A stretch of DNA of 63,947 nucleotides, the filler included, from Octopus bimaculoides (taxonomy: Eukaryota), in assembly GCF_001194135.2 (NCBI RefSeq). It is 4 parts of 3 records of this genome, joined end to end, with 100 filler letters (N's around TTAATTAATTAA, not from the genome) between each part and the next. Parts side by side here need not be neighbours in the genome. Positions count along the whole stretch, not along the records: positions 1 to 30,440 come from NC_068982.1; 3 more parts are not named here. One strand, written 5' to 3'. Made by a program: the position numbers and the translations under genes. Positions 13,201-27,390 of the stretch are shown here, one piece after another. The notes beneath the pieces are model-generated. The model worked only from the letters and a program-made list of their open reading frames with translations, was not told the origin of the DNA and made no database searches. Positions within the stretch are counted from its first letter, which is position 1; every line of letters starts with the position of its first letter.

Positions 13201-14202
13201 TTTCTTAAACAAATATGACTTGCTTAATAATACTAAGAGTATTGATAATAACATCATAGATGTACAATGACAGACTTTGATACTTAATATATTTGCAATG
13301 CACAAGCTGTTTTGAACACTTGTCAAATAAGCGTGACTCAAAAATATTCAACAATCTATACCCTACCCCAAAACACATTTCTGTTTGCTAATTGAATATT
13401 ATATTTATGGTTAATTCAATAAATTGATTCTTAACATTGACACAAGAATACTAATGTCAATTTAAACAACTCCAATACTTGACTGGTATAATTTTATTAA
13501 ACTTGGCAGGACAAAATTAACTCAAACTCAATGGTATATGAATACAGAACATAAAGAAGCAAAACTAAAGACTGCAAAACATTTTATCTGTCACCGGGGT
13601 GCTTCTATCACACCACCAGCCATGTATTGCAAATATTTCTAATACATCGGCAAGGTAATTATAGAAACAAATTAACTAACATCATCATCATCATAGTCAT
13701 TTTAATGTCCACTTTTACATGTTTGCTTGGGTAGACAGGATTCATTGAAGCAGATTTTCTATAGCTGGATGTCCTTCCAGGCACCAACTGTCACCTGTTT
13801 CTAAGCATGGTAATATTTCCCTGTAACCAGACAGGTTTACATGGAATATTGAAAATGTGGTGACACTCACTTATCACATAATGTCAATAAACACATACAT
13901 ATGCACACACATACACACACATGTACACACACAAACATTATACATACAACGGGCTTCTTTCATTTTCTATCTACCAAATCTGGCCTTCGTCAATCAAGGG
14001 CTATAGTAGAAGATGCTTGCCCAAGGTGCCATATACTAAGGTGCCAAGCAGTGGGAATGAACCTGCAACCATGTGATTGATAAGCAAATTTCTTAACCAC
14101 ACAGCTATACCTGTACCTATGAGAAATATTCTAATTCATCAACAGATTATATGGTTTCATAAGTAGCACATACTAACAACGCCCAAAGGCAAAAATGTCT
14201 GT

Positions 14203-14237
<35 letters not shown>

Positions 14238-14479
14238 TCTTTTCTACATATCAATTTTCAAGTATTTACAAATAATTTGCTTTTAGAGACAAATTGATGT
14301 TGGAACTGACAAGGTGCATAAAAATTGCTGCAGAGTAATAGTATGCATGCACACACACATACATGCATAAGGTGGGTAGATTAGGTAGGTAAACACAGAC
14401 AGACAGACAGACAGACAGATAGATATAAATATCTGCATGGGTGGTCAGGTCTTTTTTTTCAGCACATGTTGCCAATGAC

Positions 14480-16340
14480 CACAGTCCTTTGTCACCTCCA
14501 TTGTGAGATGCAACTGTTTTTGATCAAGTCTTCATTAACTCATTCCATGTCTTCAGTCTTCATTCAACCTGTTCCATCCACTCTATGTACCCACACTTCC
14601 CTAAACAGTTGAATTTCTCAAACATCATATACCTGTACCAGTACAGTTTTCTCTTTTCTATACTATGATTCCTTCTGTATTCTGTTTCTTTTTTTTTTAT
14701 TTTATTTTTCACAGTTCATTTTCACTTTGTCAGGTATGCACACTAACATTACATAACCAGCAGAGCATAGTCTTTGCAAATCTTCGACACTCAAGGCCCC
14801 TGTCTTGTTCCCATGCAGCATCACAACTTTTAAAAACATCACATAATCTGCTCTTCCTTCCAAGAAAGAAGCCCTTAATAAACAGCAGAGGTGACAGCTG
14901 CTTGAACTTTTCCCAAACTGTTCTTGCTCTGGTTATTATGCTTTCAGTACACACACCTCCTCTGCTAATTAGGACAATGAGGTAACAGAAGCTATCAACA
15001 ACTTCTAGTGAATCTTCTCAGCATTTGAAGGAATTTACTTCCTTCAAATCTTCCTACTGCTAACTACTGCATATTTACCACATATGGCTACCTTCTTTAT
15101 CTGTCTGCCTGTAATCCCACTATACTTCTTGTGCATCCATAGTTTACACTGGTTAGGTTACAGAATTCCAATCTACTTCTTTTCTGCATATGAAGCACAG
15201 CCATTTCACTGGTGGTAGCAGAGTTCTGTCCTTCCCATCAAAATTTTAGTCTTCCCTAATTTGACTTTCAGGTTTCTCAGTTATAGGTCTTGCTTCCATG
15301 TCTGAAATGATTTCTTTAAACCAACTGCAGATTCTACTATAAGAATTAGGTTATAAACTCTACTATTATGGCCTGGGGGAATATAATAAGCAGGAAGAGG
15401 CTGAATATAAAACATTAATGGATCATTACCTGCATTCTAAAGTCGCCGTGGAACTCATTACTAACTCCTTGCTAACAGAACCTCTGTATTTATCTTGTAC
15501 AGTACACACAAGCCATACATCTGCCCTTAGTTTCCTTAGTAGCCATCAGAATACAGAGCATAGTATCCTGTCAAAGCCTTCTTTATGCAAAAAGTGGCTT
15601 ATCCTAGCCAAAGATGAAGATGGCATCTGAAATACCTCTTCCTGACACAAAACAAAACTAAATCTCATCTAGATTAATTCTTTTTAAAATCAGTTATACC
15701 ATAAAGTTTTCAATAACTTTCATAACTAGTCATACAGTTTGATACTTCTACAGTTTCCCCCTTTCAAGTGCATCTCTTTTGCTCTTTACAATGATACTAC
15801 TACACTAATCCTTGAATATGTCACATTCCTGTACTACCTGACTGATTATACAAGTGACTAACATACTTGCTGTTTTACCAGTTATTTTAACTATTTCATC
15901 AACTATTCCTGATGAACTAGTAGCCTTCCCAAACTTCATATCCGTAATTGTACATGCACCCATACTGCTGTCAAGTTGAATGGCTGGTCCATCAGTTGAG
16001 TCTATTTGGAGTAGACCTTCTCTCTCCCATGCATTCTTCACATTCACTCATAATAACACCTCAATGCCACTTTCTTTCAAGTAAAAGTAGAAGCAAGTGT
16101 ATAGTTATAATTCCTTAAACATTTCACTATCTCCATCTGAATTCTTTCTAGTACACTGCTTTGCAATCAGGAACATCTCATGCCTTTGACCCTCGTGTCA
16201 CAGATTAATAGCAAAACTCTCCAGATATCTAGCTTCTAGCTATTTGATACTGCTCTCTGCTACTCCTTTTCTTCCAGGTTCTCCAAGGCTTACCTTAGAT
16301 TTTATGAGTCAGTCTACAGTACTATTCCACTACTATATCA
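14480..16340 (-). mobile_element. Second RTE-type LINE family, heavily decayed RT and C-terminus; boundaries approximate
   Basis: KFGKATSSSGIVDEIVK; a KG-x-ALERGNxRSIKL-like segment; ESIITRARTVWEKFKQLSPLL...KSRLCDVFKS; a Cys/His cluster after the RT. Confidence 0.8.
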
Positions 16341-16747
16341 CCTTCCATCTGGCTGGACTTTTGGAAGGTGACATGAAGGTGGAATAATGCTATAGGTAGA
16401 ACCATTAAAGGTAATAAACTTTCTTATATATATCTATATCTATCTATATCTATATCTATCTATCTATCTATATATATATATCTATATCTATCTATATATA
16501 TATATATATCTATATCTATATATATATATATATATCTATATCTATATATATATATATATATCTATATCTATCTATCTATATATATATATATATCTATATC
16601 TATCTATCTATACATATATATATATCTATNNNNNNNNNNNNNNNNNNNNNNNNNNNNNNNNNNNNNNNNNNNNNNNNNNNNNNNNNNNNNNNNNNNNNNN
16701 NNNNNNNNNNNNNNNNNNNNNNNNNNNNNNNNNNNNNNNNNNNNNNN

Positions 16748-16808
<61 letters not shown>

Positions 16809-17559
16809 AGAGAGATGGACAGACAGACAGATGAGCATATTCTGCGCAAAACAATGCAAATCATATCTCACAGTGGGTTAAATAACAATGTAAATAAATA
16901 CATTCTTTATATGCTAATGATGTGAGAAAAAAAGAGGGTGAACCATTTCACAGATTGTTGACTACTTTTCAGAGATGCCATACCTAGCTTCCTCCCCCCA
17001 ATCAATAGCATAGGTCAACTGTTATATAAACCAGTCATAAATTAGGGTAGCACCAGGAAGGGGGAGCCTAATTTACATATTTGTGCTTTTGCAAGCTCAC
17101 CATTAATTAAATAATATCTATTTTATGCATAACACAGCATAAAGCAGAAGTGGAATAACTATAAACATTACAAAAATCTCATTGTGAGTTGAAAAAGAAT
17201 GTAAATACATTATTTACTAATGCTCTGTTGTGCATAAAATAGATATTGTGTAATTAATGATGATGAGCCATCAAAAGCACAGATATGCATATTGGGCCAT
17301 CCACCAAACTGCTAGCTTAATTTGTAACTGCTTTATATAATGGTTGACCCATACCGTTGATTGTAGAAGGAAACCTGGCACTTCTATAAGGAGCAGACAA
17401 CAAATCATGAAACAATCTGTCAAGAGATTCCTTCCCTCTTTTTTCTGTACATCAACATCAACAGTATAGAAATTGAGGGTTCTATAATGTTTACATTATA
17501 TATATATATGACTAGCATCCATTAGTCTCAAAAGACTATGGATCTGCACCTTGGATTAA

Positions 17560-19460
17560 ATTGGTGTTGCAGCATCACTTGAGACTGACAAGGCCAATGC
17601 ATGAGTGGCTGCAACGATCACAAATGCAATTGGTCGGTTGGTCGTTTGTTGGTGGTTTGATCTTCCTGCATCCCTGTCTGTCCTCTGCTGTCTGACGTAT
17701 GTGATCTTCTTCCCTCAGGGTGATACTCAACGTCTGTCTCCAGCAGGAACAGTCTTTTGCCATGTTCTCCCAGGTTTTGGTATTCATACTCATGGCCTTC
17801 ATATCATGAAACGGAGATGTGGTCGTCCGCAAGCATGTCTGCCAGAGGCCAGCTCCCCATACAGCATATCTTTTGGTAACCTCCCATCAGACATTCAGTG
17901 CACATGTCCCAGCCAGCGGAGACAGCGTTGCCAAAGTAGTGGTGTGAAAGTAGTCAATAGCTGGGAACAGGTATCTCGTTGTTGGTGATGTGATCATTCC
18001 ACTTGACCCCAAGAATACTCCAAAGGTTGCACAGATGGAAGGCATTCAGGCAGCACTCTTGTCTGGTGTAAAGGCACCAGGTCTCACCGCCGTACAGCAA
18101 GGTGCTGAGGACACATACTTTATAGACTGTGACTTTGGTGGATCTCATCAGCTTGCTGTTTAACCACACTTTTTGAGCTAGTTTGGCGAAGGTCAAAGCT
18201 GCTAACCCAATTCTCCTGTTCAGTTCCTGATCGAGTGTGAGGCCATCTGTAATTGTTGAGCCAAGGTACATAAACTCACAGACTACATCTAGTAAGTGGT
18301 TGTCGATGGAAATGATGGGAGGNNNNNNNNNNNNNNNNNNNNNNNNNNNNNNNNNNNNNNNNNNNNNNNNNNNNNNNGGGGGGGAAGACGCCTTGGCCCA
18401 TTACTTTGGTCTTCTGTTGGCTAATTGTTAAGCTAAAGGCACAGCATGCCCAGTAGAGGTTGCTCATTATTGTAAGCAGTTGCAGTTCTGAATGAGCTAC
18501 TAGAGCCGCCTCGTCAGCAAACAGCATTTCTACTCACCTTCATCGAGTTAACAAATGCAATGTAGAGAGGTTGGTTCTGTTCCCTGCACTTCTCTTGTAA
18601 CTACCTAAGGGAGAAAATCATATCCATCACGGATCATTTGGATCTGAAACCACTTTGAGATTTTGGATAGATCTTTTCTGCAAGTTTCAAAACTCGGCCA
18701 AGATCCACACAAGAAAATGCCTCCTCGACGACACTGAGCAGTGGTATACCTCTATAGCTGTCACAGTGACTCCTGCTTCCTTTGTTTTTATACAACATGA
18801 CAATTTTACTGTCTTTCATATCACTGGGTATCTCCCCTTCCTCCCAGCAATGACACAGGATATAGTGGAGTTGGTGTAGGATGTCTTCTTTCGAACACTT
18901 GATAACTTCAGCTAGTATCCCATCTTGTCCAGGCACTTTTTCAGTTGGTAGTGAGTCAAGTGCTTTTTCTAATTCCTCTACAGTTGGAGGTATGTCTAGT
19001 TCGTTCATGACCGGCGAACTTTCCAAGCTGTTCAGCGCTGTTTCCAAAATGGAGCTATTCTGGGAGTATAACTCAGAGTAATACTGCACCCATCTCTCCA
19101 TTTGCTTCAGCTGGTCTGTGATGATCTCTCCAGCTTTGGTTTTCAGTGGTGCTATCTTGCAGTGTGCCAGTCCTTTTGCTTCCTTTATCCTGTTGTACAT
19201 TCCACGTATGTCTCCCATGTCAGCCACTGGTTCAATGCGTCTACAAAGTTTCAGACAGTATTCGTTGGTGCAGCACCTAGCTATTCGTTGAGACTTGTCT
19301 CTGGCTGTCCGTAGGGCTTGCAATGACTCTCGAGTAGGGTGCTATTTGTGCTTGATTAGAGCTTCCTGTTTTATGCTAGAATACTGGTCAGTTCACTTGA
19401 GTTCGCTTTGAACCAATCAGGCATTTTCCATTGTTTCTTCTCAAATACACAAAGACCAAT
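17560..19460 (-). mobile_element. RTE-clade LINE, 5'-truncated and decayed reverse transcriptase
   Basis: PPTVEELEKALDSL...PGQDGI, YKNKGSRSHCDSYRGIPLLS, QSGFRSK, MLFADEAAL, YLGSTIT, TLLYGGETW across several frames. Confidence 0.93.
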
Positions 19461-19520
19461 GCTGTAGGTCATATATATATAAAGTGAAGTTTCATATATA
19501 AATATATATATATATATATA

Positions 19521-20036
19521 ACACAACACACACACACAATACTTAAAAAATTTAGAATTACCACAATGATTAATTTATTTATCTAACTTATCTTACTGGA
19601 CACGATTCTCTATTACTATCTTCCTTATACATTTTTATTTTTCATCTTATTCCTTTACTCCCTTTATTATTGTCATTCATCCAGGATATTTAGTTTAATG
19701 TTGAAATACATTGCATGTTTGTGTTCTGTATCTGCTCTCATGAGAAACAATGTGCTGGAAGCGGAGGAGGATGAATGTCTTGGATCAACACTATCATCAC
19801 CTTTGATGTGCTACACCACACGCACACATACAGAACACAAACATGCAATGTATTTCAACATTTAACTAAATATTCTGGAAGAATGACAATAATAAAGGGA
19901 GTAAAGGAACAAGATGAAAAATAAAAATGTATAAGAAAGATAATAATAGAGAACCATGTCCAATAAGATAAGTTAGATAAATAAATTAATCATTGTGGTA
20001 ATTCTAAATTTTTTAAGTATTGTGTGTGTGTTGTGT
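19521..20036. repeat. Long inverted repeat: ~210-bp arms (19521-19731 and 19828-20036) with a 96-nt spacer
   Basis: The arms are reverse complements throughout (e.g. ttagaattaccacaatgattaatttatttatctaactt versus aagttagataaataaattaatcattgtggtaattctaa); differences are mostly transitions. Confidence 0.95.
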
Positions 20037-20839
20037 AATGAAAATGGTTCATGTTACTTAGACAATAAATTAATTCCCTATCATGCCAAAATAAAAAAAA
20101 AACTGAAGGTGAGTTTTAAAAAAAATAAAAATTACCAAATAAATTACACATCTACACATATAATATAGGATGTGACTCATGTTTACAAAACTATATACTA
20201 AAGCTAAGTTTGTTGTTGCACCAGATTTAAATACTTCAAAGAAATATTTAGAATGCCATATGTCCAGATTTTTTTAGAGTATAAGTATGACTTACAGTAG
20301 TTAATAGAAAAGAATTTAGAAGTTAAATGCATGTAGTGAATAACAAATTTTAAAAATTGAATATAAAATGAATGTATAAGAAAATTACATAAACTACTTA
20401 CATTAGAGATAGAGATAAAGAGAGAGATTGACAACAACTCCCTCTATTAAAACTTAAGACAGTAGAATGAAAGGGGAAGATAAACTGGTATGTATATAGA
20501 AATTAAAACCAAGCTTTAATCTCTGGTCATTAGTGTGACTGCACCCCCTCATTGTTGTGTATAAGAGGTGGAGTCTGAGTGAGTTTTGAAAACAAAGAAG
20601 CAACAAAGTTAAAGTATTGTAGTTTATCATTTTTAGAGTGGAATTATGTAGGTCTAATGTTTATAATTAACAGTTAACTACAAAGGATATAAATTTCCTA
20701 AGGGATAAAAAAAATTTCAGTAGAAAATAAGAGTATCTAATTATGTAGTGTGTTTACATGTATATGTGTGTGTGTGTAGAGTAAATCTTACTCTATCTTT
20801 CTCACACTATTTCTTACATGGTTGAATGTATTCTTACAT

Positions 20840-21330
20840 GTCAATACACATCTATAGAGTAGCACACAACAGCCATTTTCCTTGTTCAGGTTGTCATTTA
20901 AAATCTGACAGTATTCTAAATATGTGGCAACTGCAACTATTTAATTCAGAACTTGAGTCAAGTGTATTAGACAGCACAAACTGTCCACAATCAACACTCT
21001 ACATCTTGATGCAGTGACTTCTCCCAAAAGATGACAAAAGCAGGTGATGTTGGATCATTATACAGAGTTCAATATCTACCAGGGAAGCTCTTTACAATTG
21101 GGAAACTCAATTCTTGCAAATTGCATAGTTACTTTTATTCATCTCAAAAATGCAATTCTGTTACATTGGTGCCAACAAACATTTCAAACGTAATTTCCTT
21201 GAGTGATGTATTTCTTTATACATCAAAGACAATTCTTATGCAGACACTATAAAGAGTTTAAATGAAAAAAGACATTCAAAATTTACTCCAACTGTGCTGT
21301 TTATTTATCATTTATCACTGACTGAAGCTG
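20840..21330 (+). mobile_element. Possible decayed mariner transposase fragment
   Basis: VISLSDVFLYTSKTIL resembles the DLAPSDFFLF-x2-LK motif; otherwise highly degenerate. Confidence 0.3.
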
Positions 21331-21478
21331 TCATATTCCACTTGTTGTTCGTGGCAAATAAATCTTTTAGAAAAAAAATCTACATTTATTTTAGTTGTGA
21401 ATTTCTCCTTCCTATCACAATTTCTACCCCTTTGCTTGCCAACATTCCCTCCTCCTCAGGTTAATCCTTTACTGACAT

Positions 21479-21535
<57 letters not shown>

Positions 21536-22840
21536 AGTAACATTACTCTTCTTGTTGCTAACTTCTGCTCTTCGTCCTCCATCTTTGGTCACTTTTTACT
21601 GGCATCCACCACATGCACTCTCTCTCTCAATCTCACACCAATAACCATGTAGCTGCTCCCTTTCTCTCTCCCCATGTTGCCTTAGTAATGCAAGTTGTTT
21701 CAGATCTAATGGAATCTGATACACCTCACCCATCCTCTCTCTCTCTCTCTCTCTCCCCTCCCTCTGCAATTGAAATTACTTTCACTCATTACACCTTGTC
21801 ATTACTATCTGACTACTGCTATTGTCTCGTCTTCACTCCGAGAATTGTCTCCCTTATTTCTCATTCCCTCAACACTGTCACCTGATCACTCTAAACCCTC
21901 CCATAGTCTTTCCTTTCATTTTCCTCCTCTCCCACCCTAGTTCATCTTCCACAGTTACATTCTACCCTACCCTCTCTATTAAGTTATATGACAACATAGA
22001 ATGGTGAGGAACCTATTTTGTTTTTCAGGTAAAAAGCAACTTCACACCAGCTATACACTTAGCAATTAACCAGCAGACAAGCAGAGACAGCATGGGATTC
22101 AAAGGAGCCTCAGTCCTGTCGTCTACAGACATAGCAACCTCTCTAGTATTGGTGCCATGATAAAATGGACCCAGTCCACACTGGAAATAGTTGGTGTTTG
22201 GAAGGGCATCAAGTTATAAAAACCATACCAAAATAGACATACAAAATAGTCCTTCAACCCATTTTATCATAACTATGCGGACCCATATTGTTGTTGTCGT
22301 TCTTGGAGGTGGTGGTGGTGGTGGTGATAATGATAATATGAACAAAAAGTATCAAAATGCATTTTTAAGGGAAAACTTGTATATTTAGCATCTTTCTCTC
22401 AGATGCTCCCCTCTTGGAAGTATAAGCGTTTTGTTTTTTTCTCTCGTTCTTTTTCTGCCTTATAAGTTTACATGGCAACTTCACTCGTGCTGGTGGCATG
22501 AAAAAGGCACCCAGTACACTCTGGCCAGAGCTCACAGTGGAGCTCAACGTAGCCTTGCAGCTCAGCAGATTCTATCAAAACATCCAACCCATGCCAGCAT
22601 GGAAAACAGACATATGATGATGACAACGACAACGATGATGACAATGATGATGATGATGGTGATGATATGTATGTATGTATGTATGTATGTATGTGCTTTT
22701 GTGTTTGTCTCCCAACACCACTTGACAACCAGTGTCAGTTTGTTTGCATCCCTATAACTTAGCAGTTCAGCGAAAGAGGCCAATAGAATAAGTAACGGGT
22801 TCAACCCATGCCAGCATGGAAAATGGACATTAAACGATGG

Positions 22841-22888
<48 letters not shown>

Positions 22889-25365
22889 CTTAAAAAATAA
22901 ACACTGGGTTTGATTTGCTTAACTAAACCCTTCAAACCAGTGGCCTAGCATGGCCGCAGTCCAATGGCTGAAGCAAATAAAAGAAACAAAAGATATATAT
23001 ATCTAAATTTTGCTTGGTGTTTTCAGGTAGGAAGTTGTTTAGCTCTAATTCAACCTCAAATGTGTAGACTAACAATCAAAGAAGTTCCTGCTATGCCAAT
23101 TCCATTTTATTTTCATAGACACAATATCAAGGACCCTTTTATTTTTAAATGTCCTTTTTATACTTTGGAAGATGGGGATGGTAAGATGGTTGAATGTAAT
23201 CTGAGGCAGATCAGTAGACCTTAAAACATTAGAAATCTGAAAACAAAGCCTTTAAATTTGTTAACCAGCCACTCTTTCAACAAACCAGTTTTAGTGTAAA
23301 TATTTAAATCATTTCCTGTGAATGTAAAAAATATGGCTGCTTAAATATCTAGTGATTAAATAGCATTAGAAATTAAAACTACTTCACAAAAAAGTAGAAT
23401 AATATTTATTTCATGGAAAAAATATAATTTAGTTTTTGACTAAATTATAATGTGATAAAGTTTCTTAACAGTAGGCTATCACATAATTAATATAATTAGT
23501 CGAAAACTTTGATCAACTGATATTATCCAATGTAATTAATAAGTAAAAATTCCCTGTAAATGTGCTCAAAACTCTAAAAAAAAAAAAAATTGTTAAACAC
23601 AAGGGAGTTAACTGCTATAAACTCGACTGAAATTTTTGGAATAATACAAAGGAGTGAAACTAGGCTTTAAAGCCAAATAGAGATATTAATGGGTGTGCTA
23701 GTCTTAATGGAGCTCCTCTGTGAAGAACATTTTTTACATAGAAATTACATGGTCTAGCAATTACATCACTGCTGCTGCTGCTGGGCATGTGTCATCTAAT
23801 ACTGTTACTTCAGTGTTTTTCCGTACAAGATTCCTTCTCAAAATGAATACCATAGCACTGTGGCTTTCTTTTCGCATATCCTTGGTAAGTAAAATATGCA
23901 GATTGCTGTGTGCACATGGCTTTAAATCAACCCAGAGTTACCTCTCTTTGGTATTTCCTATTGATAACAGTTAAAAAGCTAGAAACGCTGCATCTGGGAA
24001 TAGAAAAGGGGATGACACTGGGCAGGATTGATGTTTTTACACCTTTTACCATAAGAGAGGTTTTTTTTTTTTTTTTCTCCATGGTAACTGCAGTGAGTTA
24101 CACTTTAGAATTTGAAATATGCTACAGACATATTTTTAACTAACCTAAAAGTTTGCATATATATACATATGCATCACCATCATCATCCTTTAACATCCAA
24201 TTTTTATGCTTACATGGGTTGGACGGTTTGACCAGAGCTGGAAAGCCGAAGAGCTGCACCAGGTTCCAGTCTGACTGTTTAGCTTCTATGGCTGGATGCC
24301 CTTCTTGATGCCAGCCACTTTACAGTATGCACTGGGTGATTTTAACATGGCACTGGTACGAGTTCTTTTGCATAGTGCTAGCACGAGTGCTTTTTATGTG
24401 GCACCAGCCCTGGGCCCTTGCAGGCCAATCCTCTACATCAGTGGGGAGCAGATGAAAAAGATTGGCCTGCAAGAGCCCTGTGCCAGTGCTACATAAAAAT
24501 CAATCGTGCCAGTACCACTGAAAGATGCTCCACAATATATATATAAATATATTTTAAATCATTTTATCATCCAATTTTCCATGTTCAAGTGAGTCAGTTT
24601 GAATTCACTGAAGCAAATTTTTTATGGCCAAACGCCCTTCTCACATGCATCTATTTCCAAGTAATGTAATATTTTCACAAAAGACTGAAAAGGACAACTC
24701 ATATAACAGTGATGCTGATTTCCTGCTATCACACAATGTCAATACAAGACAAAGCAAACCCTAAGCCTATACACACAAACGTGCACGCGTGCATGTGTCT
24801 GTGTCCCTATAGTGTTGAATGACAGAAAACTATCTTCAAGTGTACATCCAGGTAAAGTTTGTTTTAGTTAAAAGAAGACAGATCGAGAATCAAAAACCTA
24901 GTGTTGTTTCTACTGAAAGCTTAATATTTACATTTTACTAGGCAAAGTGCTGAGCTATATACAAGTGTTGAATCTGCGAACTAATGGTATCAAAATTAGC
25001 ATTTGATGACTAATCTATCAAATTGCTTCAAACAAGAGGATTGGTGCTGGCAAGATTGTCAACACACAAATGGTTTACACTGAATTATTGATTAGTTTTG
25101 TTTTGTAGTTTTTTTTCTTCTTTTTTTGCCTCTTATTATTTTTTTTGTTTTACTTCAATTTCAACCAGGATCTGAAACTTAGCTTTTTGAACAGATATCA
25201 GTTTATAAAGTGGATCCAAAAATATGATACATATCAGATATTTAATGAGATATTTAAATAAAGCTGGGTTTTTTTTCTATTTCTCCACATTCCAATGGTC
25301 CTTAAATGTCCACTAAATTAATGAAACTTATTTACTAGAGAACACAAACAAGACATTTCTTGCTC

Positions 25366-25403
<38 letters not shown>

Positions 25404-25744
25404 ATATGCAGAATCAACATGCATATACACAGAATATATATAACACAAATATAATAAAAATTTAGCAGAGGGTGATGACAAAAGAACATATGGAAGAACA
25501 AGAGAACACACATTTAATGTGGACATGGTGAATCTTTCATCAGTTATTGACCAAATATCACCAGAATTTCAACACTATCAATAAAATCTATACATATATA
25601 TATATATATATATCATAAGAAAGTGGAACGACAACAGAATAAACATTTATGTTAATGAAGTTCATAACACGGTTGTTTATTCCATTGTCATCCCGATTTC
25701 TTATTACTGCTCTACACTCAACTGACGTTTCATTCTGAAGCATT

Positions 25745-25967
25745 ACTCTTTTTTTGCTCTTTTACTCTTTCATTTGTTTCAGTCATTTGACTGAAGCCAT
25801 GCTGGAGCACCACCTTTAGTCAAACAAATCAACTCCATGACTTATTCTTTGTAAGCCTAGTACTTATTCTATCAGTCTCTTCTGCCAAACTGCTAAGTTA
25901 CAGGGACATAAACACACCAGCATCAATTGTCAAGCAATGGTGATGGGACAAACATAGGCACACAAAC

Positions 25968-26038
<71 letters not shown>

Positions 26039-26160
26039 CACACGATGGGCTTTTTTCACTTTCTGTCTACCAAATCCACTAACAAGGCTTTGGTCGAGGC
26101 TATAGTAGAAGACACCCAAGGTGCTATGCAGTGGGACTGAACCCAGAACAATATACATAT
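25745..26160 (-). mobile_element. SINE family A copy (a plus-strand head follows at about 26200-26345)
   Basis: Same body and head motifs with CpG decay. Confidence 0.85.
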
Positions 26161-26679
26161 ATGCTTACATACACACACACACACACACACAACCACACAC
26201 GTCTGTGTACTTAAGAAGTTCACTTCTCAACCACATGATTTCAAGTTCAGTTTTACTGCATGACACCAAGGGCAAGTATTGTCTTCTATAGCCCCAGGCC
26301 AACTAAGACTTGTCAGTGGTTTGGTACACAAAAACTATAAGCCCCCTCCCACACACACACACACACACACACACCAGCCATCCACATCAAGATTTGATAT
26401 TAAGTAATGCTTAATCTATGTTATCTTTTATCACATTTGTAACATCTTGCTGCATACTTACTATTTAACATTTCATCCAAATAACCAACCCACTGACATT
26501 TCATCCTCGATTACATAAAATCATCATCAAAATATTGATTCCTTTTAAGAAAAATAAGGTCAACTTTCATAGAAAAGCAAGTATAAATTTTTAAATGAAC
26601 TCTAGTAAATTATTGTTCCTTATTCTGCTAATTCCAGAGAGATGTAAAGTTAAAGGATTTTAACTCACAAATACTGAGT

Positions 26680-27067
26680 TACTCTTTTACTTGTTTCAGT
26701 CATTTGACTGTGGCCATGCTGGAGCACTGCCTTTAGTCGAGCAAATCGACCCCAGGACTTATTCTTTGTTAGCCTAGTACTTATTCTATCAGTCTCTTTT
26801 AGCCGAACCGCTAAGTTACGGGGAGGTAAACACACCAGCATTGGTTGTCAAGCGATGGTGGGGGGACAAACACAAACACACAAATATATATACATATAAA
26901 TATATACGACGTTCTTTCAGTTTCCGTCTACCAAATCCACTCACAAGGCTTTGGTTGGCCCAAGGCTATAGTAGAAGACACTTGCCCAAAGTGCCACGCA
27001 GTGGGACTGAACCCAGAACCATGTGGTTGGTAAGCAAGCTACTTACCACACAGCCACTCCTGTGCCT
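26680..27067 (-). mobile_element. tRNA-derived SINE family A, full-length young copy
   Basis: Head GGAGTGGCTGTGTGGTAAG (A box) ... GGTTCAGTCCC (B box) ... CTTTGGGCAAGTGTCTT, a central TA/TG tract, and a 3' body ending ACTGAAACAAGTAAAAGAGTA. Confidence 0.9.
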
Positions 27068-27166
27068 ATAGTTATAGAAAAATCAAACATTTAGGCCAAT
27101 GATTTACTATACCAGTCATCTCTACAATCTTCTTTTCCCACCAAATATTAACCTTCAGCCATTTAA

Positions 27167-27390
27167 CCCTTTAGCATTCAGACTACTTTGTCAAATGGGA
27201 TGCTTATTTATTCACATTGTTTTGAATTAATCTTGTATTATTATCTCAAAGCTTCGAGATTTTTATAATGAGATTATTGTTTATTTTTAGAATGACAATG
27301 TAAGGTAGATGTGAGAGTCTGGATTTGGCTGGTTTGAACATAACAGGTAGAATATTTGGGTTGGATATGACCAGTTTAAATACCAAAGGG
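27167..27390. mobile_element. piggyBac-like MITE
   Basis: TTAA|CCCTTT...AAAGGG|TTAA. An inverted partial copy lies at 2650-2835. Confidence 0.75.
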
